A stretch of DNA of 64,000 bases from Candidatus Poribacteria bacterium (lineage in GTDB: Bacteria; Poribacteria; WGA-4E; JAJDTR01). The stretch spans positions 113 through 64,112 of the forward strand of contig JAJDTR010000083.1 of NCBI GenBank assembly GCA_022827055.1, written 5' to 3'. Each line of letters begins with the position of its first letter. Position 1 is the stretch's first letter. The notes beneath the pieces are model-generated. The model saw only the letters and a list, made by a program, of their open reading frames with translations. It had not been told where the DNA came from and did not search any database. Shown piece after piece: positions 1 to 9,335 of the stretch. The position numbers and the translations under genes are program-made.

Positions 1-136
1 CTAATGGAATTGACTATAATAGAACAGCGAAGTTGAACATACCGTCGTAGTTTTTTCGAAGGTGAAAGCCCGCGTTCGCCACGCTGATTGATCCTATCCT
101 TGCGGGCGGGGATATTCCATGTCCCGCGACTACTTG

Positions 137-1072
137 CTATTTGCGAATAATTCCAACCTCAATCGCGGTATCCAAGATAGGTTGGTACAGAGAATTGTCG
201 GCAGGAATAAAACTTCCTCTCGGGAAAGACTCAAGAATAGCCGGATCATCAATGTCGGTAATCGCCTGCTGCACCTTCTTGGTGAACCCGTCCCCGAAAG
301 TCTTGTCCACATCTCCACGAATTGTCCAGTTGTAATCCGGGTACGGCGGCGTACGCCAGATGACCTGTACCTTCGTTGGGTCTACCTTTCCCGCTTCGAC
401 CTCTTTTCGCCAGACCTTGTAATTCATGGCGCCGACCTCATAACTGCCCGATTGCACCAACGCCAACGTCTTGGAATGGTCCCCGCTGAAACCGACCCGT
501 TTGAAGATATCATCCGGCGTCTTTTCAAATGCCTCTCGGACAAAAAACTCAGGCATGAGGCGTCCCGATGTCGATCCCTTCGATCCGAACGTAAAAGTCT
601 TGCCGGCGATGTCTTTCGGGAATTTCTCGGAAAACGCCAAGCCAGTGCTCGTATTCGCGATGAAATAGGAGATAAAATACGGATCCTCCACACCTTGGGC
701 GATTGCGACCGATCCCGGCACTCCTAGCCGCGCTTGAACTCCCGAAAGACCTCCAAACCAAGCGAGTTGAACTTCGTTGTTCTTGAACGCCTGCACCGAT
801 GCACTGTACGATTTGACCGGTATATACCTCACTGCGATACCTAACTTTTGCGATAAGTAATCCGCTATTTTGCCGAATCGCTGCTCTAGCCGTGACGTGT
901 CTTGGTCCGGTATAGCCGTGAAAACCAGTTCATTACTCCACGAAGGGGACACACACAGCGTGGCAACCATCGCTATCACAACAACTTTCGTTACCTCTTT
1001 TAACGTAGATTTCAATCTAATCCTCCTTATTTTTTCGCGTGAAAAACCTAGGTTATTGCTTTCGTAGCACAA
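137..1072 (-). CDS. PhnD-like ABC substrate-binding protein, putative selenate type (true start probably downstream of 1072)
   Basis: Signal peptide then FTAIPDQD, LAWFGGLSGVQAR, TFGSKGSTSGRLMP, FSGDHSKT, TPPYPDYNW motifs. Confidence 0.8.
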   Translation of the reverse strand: MCYESNNLGFSREKIRRIRLKSTLKEVTKVVVIAMVATLCVSPSWSNELVFTAIPDQDTSRLEQRFGKIADYLSQKLGIAVRYIPVKSYSASVQAFKNNEVQLAWFGGLSGVQARLGVPGSVAIAQGVEDPYFISYFIANTSTGLAFSEKFPKDIAGKTFTFGSKGSTSGRLMPEFFVREAFEKTPDDIFKRVGFSGDHSKTLALVQSGSYEVGAMNYKVWRKEVEAGKVDPTKVQVIWRTPPYPDYNWTIRGDVDKTFGDGFTKKVQQAITDIDDPAILESFPRGSFIPADNSLYQPILDTAIEVGIIRK

Positions 1073-1208
1073 GGGAACTCTATCGCGCTCCTTATTCAGT
1101 CGCTTGATTGTTACGAATCCTCCGCAACTATTGGATAATTTTCAATTCAAAACGATGGTAAATGTCTGAAATCTTGCAAGTAGCAACTTGCGTTATCAAG
1201 GTCAGCCA

Positions 1209-2258
1209 TTAAAACTTATAGTAGAGTGTCACTCGTGCCATTAGATCTGATCCCGGTTTCTCGCCCACTTCGGGTGAATCGTAGAAGGACATCAACACAT
1301 TCGGTATGATGTGCACGTTCTTCGCCGGACTGTAGTCCAAGCCTGCAATGAGGGTATTCGACTTTGCGTCGCCGCTCATCGGCGTATACGCGATTTTCGG
1401 CGCATCGGGGTTTACGCTCAACATCTTGTCAAAGCGCCCAAACACCCAAATCTCGTCGGGCTTGACAGCGGCTGCCCCAAAGACGGACACCCCTTGAATC
1501 GACACATCCTCCTCACCTTCTCCTTGACCTCGAATCTGGTTGCCGAACTGCACCCCCGCCCGATAGTCCTCCATTTGATATCCCACGAATCCCATTAGGG
1601 TCATGCGACTCATGCCAGATCCCCGAGGCTCAAGGTCAACATACCCCTGAACGATGACGCCTTTGGAGGGTTTCAGTGTCGCTGACAGATACCCTCTCTT
1701 GTATTTGTTAGTCTCGGCACTTGTGCCCGCGCCGTTGCCAACCATCGCGTGGTAACTCAGCATGTCCACTCCGGGCACTTTGCCCTTCACTGCAATACCC
1801 AAGTCCCGCGTACTGCCATACTTTTGCATGAGAAGCATGGACTTCTCAACCGCTCGATAACCCCATACTTTAGGCACCACCGAAAATGTCGGTGTAATGG
1901 ACCGCCCCAAAAGAATACTGTGCGACGAGCCCTTCGGCGATATTTTCAAATAGGCATCCTTCACATACGGAACATTTTTTCCCGAGGCACCCTCCTTCAG
2001 TCCGTCGGGACTATTCACTTCGAAACGCACTCGCGACGAAAACGTCTCATTCAACTTCCGATCATACGTCAGGTATACGCGGCGGGTCCAGAATCCGTTG
2101 CGGGATTCTAGCTCTTCGTTGTGATGTGCAGCGATGTAATAATAATCGCCGAAGTAAACGGCACTAATCTTTCCACCGTCGGCAAGCGCCGCAGCCGAAC
2201 TTATTATAAACACAACGACTGAGATTAGCCCCAGACAACGCCAATAGTTTGTTTTCAA
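1209..2258 (-). CDS. Outer-membrane beta-barrel porin (phosphate-porin-like)
   Basis: Signal peptide, RRVYLTYD and YVKDAYLK strands, C-terminal LYYKF; upstream of the ABC binding protein. Confidence 0.6.
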   Translation of the reverse strand: MKTNYWRCLGLISVVVFIISSAAALADGGKISAVYFGDYYYIAAHHNEELESRNGFWTRRVYLTYDRKLNETFSSRVRFEVNSPDGLKEGASGKNVPYVKDAYLKISPKGSSHSILLGRSITPTFSVVPKVWGYRAVEKSMLLMQKYGSTRDLGIAVKGKVPGVDMLSYHAMVGNGAGTSAETNKYKRGYLSATLKPSKGVIVQGYVDLEPRGSGMSRMTLMGFVGYQMEDYRAGVQFGNQIRGQGEGEEDVSIQGVSVFGAAAVKPDEIWVFGRFDKMLSVNPDAPKIAYTPMSGDAKSNTLIAGLDYSPAKNVHIIPNVLMSFYDSPEVGEKPGSDLMARVTLYYKF

Positions 2259-2438
2259 CGTTAATCTCCTTTTCGGTTTTTCAGAATGCTCACTCTAACA
2301 TGTGAGCCTGGTGTACGAATCAACATCCGTTATTATGGTCGCAAACGGATTATATAATTCTATCTCTCTCTGTTTTTGTCAAGCACAAAATCGTTCCGAA
2401 TTTCTTGCTTGTAGGGATCGTTCCGTCCGGAACTCGCG

Positions 2439-2966
2439 TCATCGCTCCCTAATCCGCTTACTATGAATAATATGGTACGCCGCAATCCCAAGTGCGACGT
2501 GCACGTTCAGCGACATAACCTTTCCGTACATCGGGATATAAATCGCCATATCGCAGACGGAAATTGTGCGCTTTGCCACCCCGTAATACTCGTTTCCCAG
2601 CACGAGGCAGACCTTCTCTGGATATTCAACCTCGTAATAGGGGGCGGAGTTCGATGCAACCTCTATGGCGCAGCTAGTATACCCGCGTTCCTTGAACCCT
2701 TGAATCGCCCCCGGCGCGGAATCTGAATAGCTCCAATTTACGCGCCGATGTGTGCCGCGCCCGATGCCCGCGATCGAAGGATGAGGCGGTACCGGGGTCG
2801 TACCCGTCAATGCGAGTTCACGTGCATCGCAGGCATCCGCGATTCGGAATGCGGCACCAACATTAACGGGATCTTCCACATCCTGCAACACGATGACAAG
2901 ATTCGTCCCGGGATGTTCGACTTGCTTCAAGTAATCTTTGAGCGGTTTGCCCCGCAACTGCTTCAT
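2439..2966 (-). CDS. SpoU/TrmH family RNA 2'-O-methyltransferase
   Basis: VLQDVEDPVNVGAAFR, LVLGNEYYGV, IPMYGKVMSLNVHVA SPOUT motifs; start reassigned to ATG at 2966. Confidence 0.85.
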   Translation of the reverse strand: MKQLRGKPLKDYLKQVEHPGTNLVIVLQDVEDPVNVGAAFRIADACDARELALTGTTPVPPHPSIAGIGRGTHRRVNWSYSDSAPGAIQGFKERGYTSCAIEVASNSAPYYEVEYPEKVCLVLGNEYYGVAKRTISVCDMAIYIPMYGKVMSLNVHVALGIAAYHIIHSKRIRER

Positions 2967-2976
2967 CCGGCGACTT

Positions 2977-3723
2977 TCAGAGCCCATAAATCCGCTTGAA
3001 ATTCTCTCCCAAGATGAGCGCTTCCTCTTCGTCGGTAAAACCGATATTTCGGATACCGTTGACGCCGTGCGTAGCAACACCCGACGGTGCGTTTGATCCG
3101 AATACGATGCGATCAGCGCCGACCTGTCCGCCTCGAGCCACTCCCTTAACTGAAATTGGCTCCGCTGCCGCGATGAGCGTCGTGCCGAGATAAATCTGAG
3201 GATTCTCCACCGCCGCCTGCACGGCGCCCTCAATCCATTCTCGATAACCCATGTGATCCATAATGATTGGCACATCCGGGTGGCGTTTTGCGAGCGTCCC
3301 GATGAATTCCGGCGAACACCCGCTCATGGGCGATCCTGAATGAATCGTAGCGGGAATCCCGAGCGAGTTTGCGAGCTCCATTACCGGATCAACACACGCG
3401 GAATCGAGGTGATAGCGGTGTCCGGCTGCCATCAGCTTAACTGTTCGCGCTCCCTGATCGACGCACCGTTTGAGGTCGTCGGTGGCAAGGTTACCCATCG
3501 TTGGGTTGATAAGTGCACCTGGGAGAATTCGCGATTCACCTTTGACCTCCCGCAATAGCCCCGCGTTCTCTTCGCGCGGATCGCTCGGCAGCCCGCCGAT
3601 GAACACCACGCTGGCATCAATGCCTGCTTCATTCATCGTGGCAAGGACACCGGCTTTACCATACGCTTCTCCGTTAAACTCGGCGGGTATATAGGCTTCA
3701 AAATCTGCGACGAATTGACTCAT
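2977..3723 (-). CDS. Amidohydrolase_2 family protein with atypical ligands
   Basis: IHSG, IMDHMG, RIVFGSNAP, ILGENFKRIY TIM-barrel motifs. Confidence 0.75.
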   Translation of the reverse strand: MSQFVADFEAYIPAEFNGEAYGKAGVLATMNEAGIDASVVFIGGLPSDPREENAGLLREVKGESRILPGALINPTMGNLATDDLKRCVDQGARTVKLMAAGHRYHLDSACVDPVMELANSLGIPATIHSGSPMSGCSPEFIGTLAKRHPDVPIIMDHMGYREWIEGAVQAAVENPQIYLGTTLIAAAEPISVKGVARGGQVGADRIVFGSNAPSGVATHGVNGIRNIGFTDEEEALILGENFKRIYGL

Positions 3724-3747
3724 GAAACTCTCCTTCCGATGAGGGCT

Positions 3748-5535
3748 TCAAAACCTGCCATCAAGTGTCAAGAGTGCCAAGGTAAAATCACTTTCCACGA
3801 ACCCGGTTGCATACAGAATGTTTGTCTCATCAACATAAGTATAGGTGTTATAGCCAAAGAAATGGTTTATCTCAAATTGAAGCCGAAATGCTCGGCTCAG
3901 ATCGTAATAGAAACCGCCGCCCCAGTCTGAAATCCGGGCTCGAAAATCGAAGCGCCTATTATTGGCTGAGCTGAGCGCGGCGTTGACGTAATCGTTGCGT
4001 ATCACATTCAGGTAAAGGAATCCTTTCGCTTCCCGGTAATGGCGCGGTCGATGATCACGCGTTACAACCAAATCTAGCTCAATGCGATCATCCCAATATG
4101 TCTGCGTTGATTCGTCATCTTGGTTGAAACTCCCGCGGAAATCCTCAAACTCGCGCGCACGGTAGAAATTCGTGTCCGACATCCACAAGAGACTCAAGGT
4201 ATTGGAGATGGAACAGCGGAGATCTTCATTCAAAAGGTAGGAGCACGTAAGTTTGGTGTTTGCCTCAGTCAGCACGAGACGCCGGTCGAAGTCGGCGCCG
4301 CTATAAAGATCGTCGTCAAGATCGTCCTGATTGTCAATCTCCGCATCATGAATCTCGAATGTGTAACCTAGTTTGGCTTCCACGTCGAAAGCGGACGGAA
4401 CGAATCCGCCTATAGGAGAAAACTTGCTGAATACTAGGCTCTCCGTGTCGAGAAAGTAAAGGTTCTCGCTGTAATCAATCGCTTTCAGTTTCAGGTGAGT
4501 GTGGAGTTCGTTTTCTCTGCCGAAGCGAATGAGAGTTTTTTCTTTGTATTCACCGTCCGCTGTAAATCGCTGAACTCTGCGAATTCGAGTCCGAAATACG
4601 CGGTACGGTAATCGCCCGAATTGAAACGGATCGTGCTGTCGCCGCGGTAAATCGGACTTGTAGTCGAGTTTGTATTTGGCGCTATCCGCAACCAAGATCG
4701 ATCCGTCGTCTCGGGCAAAAACGAGGAATGGTAAGATTAGCTGTCCGGCACGATCACCGTATTGACCAAACGCCGTTAGGAATTTCCCACCGGAATCATA
4801 CTTCAAGACACGATGTGCGGCTTTGTCGACGAGGTAGAGATTACCCTCCCCGTCCGTCGTCATATCCGCCGCCTTAACCACCTGCCCCGCTTTGGGTTGA
4901 GACACCGGGTAGGTCGCAATAGCATGACCGTTAGCGTCGAGTCTATGGATGACTCCGCTATCTAAAACATAGATGCTTCCATTTTGATCGACTGTCAGTA
5001 GAAAGGAGCGTTCAGCGTCTCCCTGAGGGATGATGAGCGCATAATTTCCGTCGGCATCAAGCCCCGGCACGGCGGACTCAAGCGGCGCTATCCGCTGCGT
5101 GAGACCTTGGATGGGATAACTGGCGACAAACTTGCCTTCTGCATCAAACCGATGGACACAGGGGCCATAGTTGAATATTTTCGGATTGTCCGACCCTTCA
5201 ATCGGTACGAGAATCCAGTCCATCACGTAGATGGAGCCATCTCTCCCGACAGCGATGTCCGTTGGGTTGATTAGTGTAAACTGTTCCGCGTTTGTCTTGA
5301 TCTCGAACTGAAGTCGCCCATCGGGGTTGAGTTTTTGAATCCTAAAATTGTCTGTGTCCGTGATATAGATTCCGCCCTTTCGATCAACCGCGATGTGCAC
5401 ATTCTCGGCGAACTGTTCCTCCTGTTCTCCTTTTCCCCCAAACTCTTGAATGAACTTAATCTCCCGATGCGCATGTGTGACAACAGGTATCGCCAGAATC
5501 AGAACACCAATCAGGATACGTCGGAATCGCGTCAA
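3748..5535 (-). CDS. Secreted NHL-repeat protein with a C-terminal beta-rich domain
   Basis: Signal peptide; repeats such as [21 protein letters not shown] and [20 protein letters not shown]; ends in Phe. Confidence 0.75.
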   Translation of the reverse strand: MTRFRRILIGVLILAIPVVTHAHREIKFIQEFGGKGEQEEQFAENVHIAVDRKGGIYITDTDNFRIQKLNPDGRLQFEIKTNAEQFTLINPTDIAVGRDGSIYVMDWILVPIEGSDNPKIFNYGPCVHRFDAEGKFVASYPIQGLTQRIAPLESAVPGLDADGNYALIIPQGDAERSFLLTVDQNGSIYVLDSGVIHRLDANGHAIATYPVSQPKAGQVVKAADMTTDGEGNLYLVDKAAHRVLKYDSGGKFLTAFGQYGDRAGQLILPFLVFARDDGSILVADSAKYKLDYKSDLPRRQHDPFQFGRLPYRVFRTRIRRVQRFTADGEYKEKTLIRFGRENELHTHLKLKAIDYSENLYFLDTESLVFSKFSPIGGFVPSAFDVEAKLGYTFEIHDAEIDNQDDLDDDLYSGADFDRRLVLTEANTKLTCSYLLNEDLRCSISNTLSLLWMSDTNFYRAREFEDFRGSFNQDDESTQTYWDDRIELDLVVTRDHRPRHYREAKGFLYLNVIRNDYVNAALSSANNRRFDFRARISDWGGGFYYDLSRAFRLQFEINHFFGYNTYTYVDETNILYATGFVESDFTLALLTLDGRF

Positions 5536-5981
5536 CTAATGCCTCCACTGGTTCGAAGGTGTTCTAATCCGGTCATCGTCGAGGCAATCTCCTTGATTTG
5601 ATCCAAAACGCCATTAACAAATTTCGGAGAGTCGTCGGTACTATAGGTCTTGGCAAGTTCAATCGCTTCGTTAATAGAGACCGCGGCGGGAATATCAACG
5701 AGATAAAGGAGTTCATACGTAGCGCTACGCAAAATACAGAGATCTACAATCGGCATTCGTTCAAGCGTCCAGTTGTCGGCAGTAGATCGTATTGCCGAGT
5801 CGATCGTCTCCCGATGCTCGAACGTACCTTCGACAAGAGGATTGGCGAATTCTCGCACATACTCGGGTGCGTTTTCCGATTGCCAGAAAAGTTCCTGAAC
5901 ATAGCCGATTGAATCCTGTGTTATCTCGGCTTGATATAACATCTGGAGAGCACAAGCCCGTGCTCTGGTGCGCGGTTTCAT
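5532..5981 (-). CDS. nusB: Transcription antitermination factor NusB
   Basis: [41 protein letters not shown]; start reassigned to 5981. Confidence 0.95.
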   Translation of the reverse strand: MKPRTRARACALQMLYQAEITQDSIGYVQELFWQSENAPEYVREFANPLVEGTFEHRETIDSAIRSTADNWTLERMPIVDLCILRSATYELLYLVDIPAAVSINEAIELAKTYSTDDSPKFVNGVLDQIKEIASTMTGLEHLRTSGGIS

Positions 5982-6223
5982 CGGTCCCCCATGATTTCGA
6001 TTGAATTGAATTGCGTACGCGGCATGCTGCTGCCTTGGAAGAAGCAACTAAATTTTAACAAGTGAATCAGGTGATGTCAATTCATTTGTCCGCACGGAAG
6101 GGAATTACAGTTGCTATGCCATATGAAGAATTCGTCACACTTGATTGGAGCCAAGATTTGGCTGTTGAATAACACTCGATAATAGGTTAACATTTAAGAA
6201 ACTGTACAGGAACCGATGACAGG

Positions 6224-8284
6224 ATGGCTATTCCACTGAAACTTGACCTGCTTATTCAGTGCGGTCTAGACGAATCCGACGCATCCAAGATACTTCGGCA
6301 GGCAAATCCTCTGCTCTCATCCTTACCCTCTTCGGTATGCTGGCGGCGAATCACCGATGAAGTGTTGACGCCTTCTCACCCATTTGCCCTGCACAAGCTA
6401 TTGCATGAGTGCGCTTTTTCTGACTGGGACTCTTCACGCGATGGTCCCGCCCCCGCCTGGTTCCCTTCTGATGAACAGGTTCAACAAGCAAATATCACCG
6501 GATTGATGAGGGAATTAGGTATTAATTTTTACGGAGATTTCCACACATGGTCGGTCGAGAACCATGCTAGTTTCATTGAGCTAATGGTCGATAGGTTGAA
6601 CATTTGCTTTAGTAAACCTTTCGAGACGGTTGTAGAATTGTCGTGCGGCACAGAAGCTCCACAATGGCTCGCGGGGGCGACGTTGAATATAGCGGACAGT
6701 TGTTTCGGGGTCTCGGGAAATGCTCCCGCAATCGTCTCAAAATCGGAAAATAAGTCGATTTCGACATTAACCTATAACGAGCTTGATTTATTGTCGAACC
6801 GAGTCGCCAATTCGCTAGTGGACACCGGATTCGTTGCAGGAAATGCGATTGCGGTTGACATGCCGATGACGCCGGAGTCGGTTGCCATCTATTTGGGGAT
6901 TATTAAAGCGGGATGCACGGTTGTATCGGTTGCCGATAGCTTCGCACCGCACGAGATAGAAACCCGACTCAAAATTGCGGAGACGAAAGCAATTTTTACT
7001 CAAGATTACATTTCCCGCGGCGGCAAACGGTTACCGCTTTACGAGAAAGTGATTGCCTCCGGCGCGCCGAGAGCAGTCGTTCTTACCTCTGGCGAGGACG
7101 TGATACCGTCTCTCAAGTTACGATCGGGAGATTTGAAATGGGAACAGTTTCTAAGTGACAGAGACGAGTTTGACTCGATTGTCTGTCACCCGCATGGGCA
7201 CACGAATATCCTGTTCTCCTCGGGAACCACCGGAACGCCCAAAGCCATACCGTGGACGCACATAACGCCAATCAAGTGTGCGATTGATGCCTACTTACAT
7301 CACGATATTAAGCCGGGAGATGTATTGGCTTGGCCTACCAATCTCGGATGGATGATGGGGCCTTGGCTAATCTACGCAAGTCTTATCAACAAGGGAACGA
7401 TGGCTCTATATGACGGCTTGCCAACAGAACGGGAATTTGGCGAGTTTGTGCAAGATGCAGGTGTTACGATGCTCGGGGTTGTTCCAAGTTTGGTCAGAGC
7501 GTGGAAAAACACAACGTGCATGAAAGGGCTTGACTGGAGCAAGATTAAAGCCTTTAGTTCGACCGGCGAATGCTCTAACCGGGAGGATATGCTTTTTCTG
7601 ATGTCGCTGGCTGAATACAAACCGATCATCGAGTATTGCGGCGGTACGGAAATCGGAGGCGGCTTTATCACGGGTACGCTAATACAGCCTGCGGCTCCAT
7701 CCACCTTTACCACGCCCGCACTTGGTTCAGACCTTGTGATCCTAGACGCGGAGGGAGAATCCACGGACAACGGCGAAGTATTCCTCGTCCCGCCATCCAT
7801 GGGGCTCTCTACACAATTGTTGAAAAGCGACCATCACAGAGTTTACTTTGAAGGTACGCCCTCTCTGCCTGATACAGCGCCGCTTCGGCGCCACGGCGAC
7901 CAGATTGAGCGGCTCGCGGGAGGCTTTTTTCGGGCACATGGCCGCGTAGACGACACAATGAACTTGGGCGGGATTAAAGTCAGCTCGGCGGAGATCGAAC
8001 AGGTTCTCAATACCGTAAGCGGTGTTCGTGAAACCGCAGCCGTGGCTGTATCTCCCAAATCTGGAGGTCCTAGTCAACTGGTGATTCACGCTGTCCTGTT
8101 ACCAGAGACATATCCTGACAAAACCTCATTAAGAGCCGCTCTCAGAGCGGCAATCCGCGAGCAGCTCAACCCCCTATTTAGGATTCACGATGTAGTAATT
8201 CGCGATTCATTGCCCCGGACGGCATCCAACAAGATAATGCGGCGTCTCCTTCGCGACGAGAATACTACAGAAGCTGACTCCTGA
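6224..8284 (+). CDS. AMP-binding acyl-CoA synthetase (acetate/acetoacetate-CoA ligase-like)
   Basis: FSSGTTGTPK, EYCGGTEIGG, GRVDDTMNLGG, LPRTASNKIMRR. Confidence 0.85.
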   Translation: MAIPLKLDLLIQCGLDESDASKILRQANPLLSSLPSSVCWRRITDEVLTPSHPFALHKLLHECAFSDWDSSRDGPAPAWFPSDEQVQQANITGLMRELGINFYGDFHTWSVENHASFIELMVDRLNICFSKPFETVVELSCGTEAPQWLAGATLNIADSCFGVSGNAPAIVSKSENKSISTLTYNELDLLSNRVANSLVDTGFVAGNAIAVDMPMTPESVAIYLGIIKAGCTVVSVADSFAPHEIETRLKIAETKAIFTQDYISRGGKRLPLYEKVIASGAPRAVVLTSGEDVIPSLKLRSGDLKWEQFLSDRDEFDSIVCHPHGHTNILFSSGTTGTPKAIPWTHITPIKCAIDAYLHHDIKPGDVLAWPTNLGWMMGPWLIYASLINKGTMALYDGLPTEREFGEFVQDAGVTMLGVVPSLVRAWKNTTCMKGLDWSKIKAFSSTGECSNREDMLFLMSLAEYKPIIEYCGGTEIGGGFITGTLIQPAAPSTFTTPALGSDLVILDAEGESTDNGEVFLVPPSMGLSTQLLKSDHHRVYFEGTPSLPDTAPLRRHGDQIERLAGGFFRAHGRVDDTMNLGGIKVSSAEIEQVLNTVSGVRETAAVAVSPKSGGPSQLVIHAVLLPETYPDKTSLRAALRAAIREQLNPLFRIHDVVIRDSLPRTASNKIMRRLLRDENTTEADS

Positions 8285-8457
8285 GCACGGGCTTGTATGA
8301 AAATCCTGCATTTAACTCATCGCTCCAGCGGAGCGGTATGTAAGGCACTTCCAAAAAAGCCGACTGATGTGAGGTATCCAATCGTTATTCCCAACAAACT
8401 CCTCACTCATGCCTCAATTTCTCCAAATCGGTTTCGTTTTACAACAAGGAGACAACT

Positions 8458-9129
8458 ATGTGCGGCAGATTTACTCTTGCCACGGACCCAATGAATTTTA
8501 TAAGATTCCTCCTCGAATACGACGCGTCCGACGCCTTTACGCCACGTTACAACATTGCACCAACACAACCAGTCGCTGTTGTGCCGAACAACGGCACTGA
8601 AAGAATCGAATTCTTCCGTTGGGGACTCATTCCACCGTGGGCAAAAGACCCAAAAATCGGCAACCGTATGATAAACGCGCGGGCAGAGACACTTTCCGAA
8701 AAACCGTCGTTCCGAAACGCCTACAGACGTCGCCGCTGCCTCGTCCTTGCTGACGGCTATTACGAATGGCGAGAAGAGCCCGGCGGTGGACCCAAGACGC
8801 CGTTTTACATCCAGATGGCATCGGAGAAACCTTTTGCTTTTGCCGGGCTTTGGGAAGCTTGGCGGCCGCAGGGTGAAGTTGAACCCGTGCTGTCGTGCTC
8901 AATTATCACCTGTCCCGCAAACGAAATGTTACAGTCAATCCACCACCGAATGCCGGCTATCTTGGACCAAGACACCTATGACTTGTGGCTGAATCCGGTC
9001 GAATGTCCTCCCGCTGCGCTGGATCACCTTCTTACGCCGTATCCCCCGGAAGGGATGGAGGCTTTTGCAGTCTCGCGCCTAGTGAACCAACCAAAAAATG
9101 ACTCGCCCGAGTGCATCCTGCCCGTTTGA
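8458..9129 (+). CDS. SOS response-associated peptidase (SRAP/YedK/HMCES family)
   Basis: N-terminal MCGRF, RYNIAPTQ, WGLIP, INARAET, GYYEW, IHHRMP. Confidence 0.92.
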   Translation: MCGRFTLATDPMNFIRFLLEYDASDAFTPRYNIAPTQPVAVVPNNGTERIEFFRWGLIPPWAKDPKIGNRMINARAETLSEKPSFRNAYRRRRCLVLADGYYEWREEPGGGPKTPFYIQMASEKPFAFAGLWEAWRPQGEVEPVLSCSIITCPANEMLQSIHHRMPAILDQDTYDLWLNPVECPPAALDHLLTPYPPEGMEAFAVSRLVNQPKNDSPECILPV

Positions 9130-9335
9130 GTAATCCCAACTGGCAAATTTGACACCTAATAATCTTGGCCTTGAAATACTTTCGATTGAGAAACATGAAC
9201 CACATTAACGAAATTGCAATCCGTGAAGAAAGGAGGAAAATCTGTAACAAACAAGGACAATACTACGTGAAGGCTGCTGTAGATTCTTTTCACCGTCATT
9301 ATTCGTAGAATCACGTAGAATCTGGATGCGCATTT

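Noticed and set aside
2967-3275. N-terminal extension of the SpoU ORF (likewise nusB, DUF1992, atpI and YgjP extensions)
   Set aside because: Most overlap upstream genes, and downstream starts fit the family lengths better
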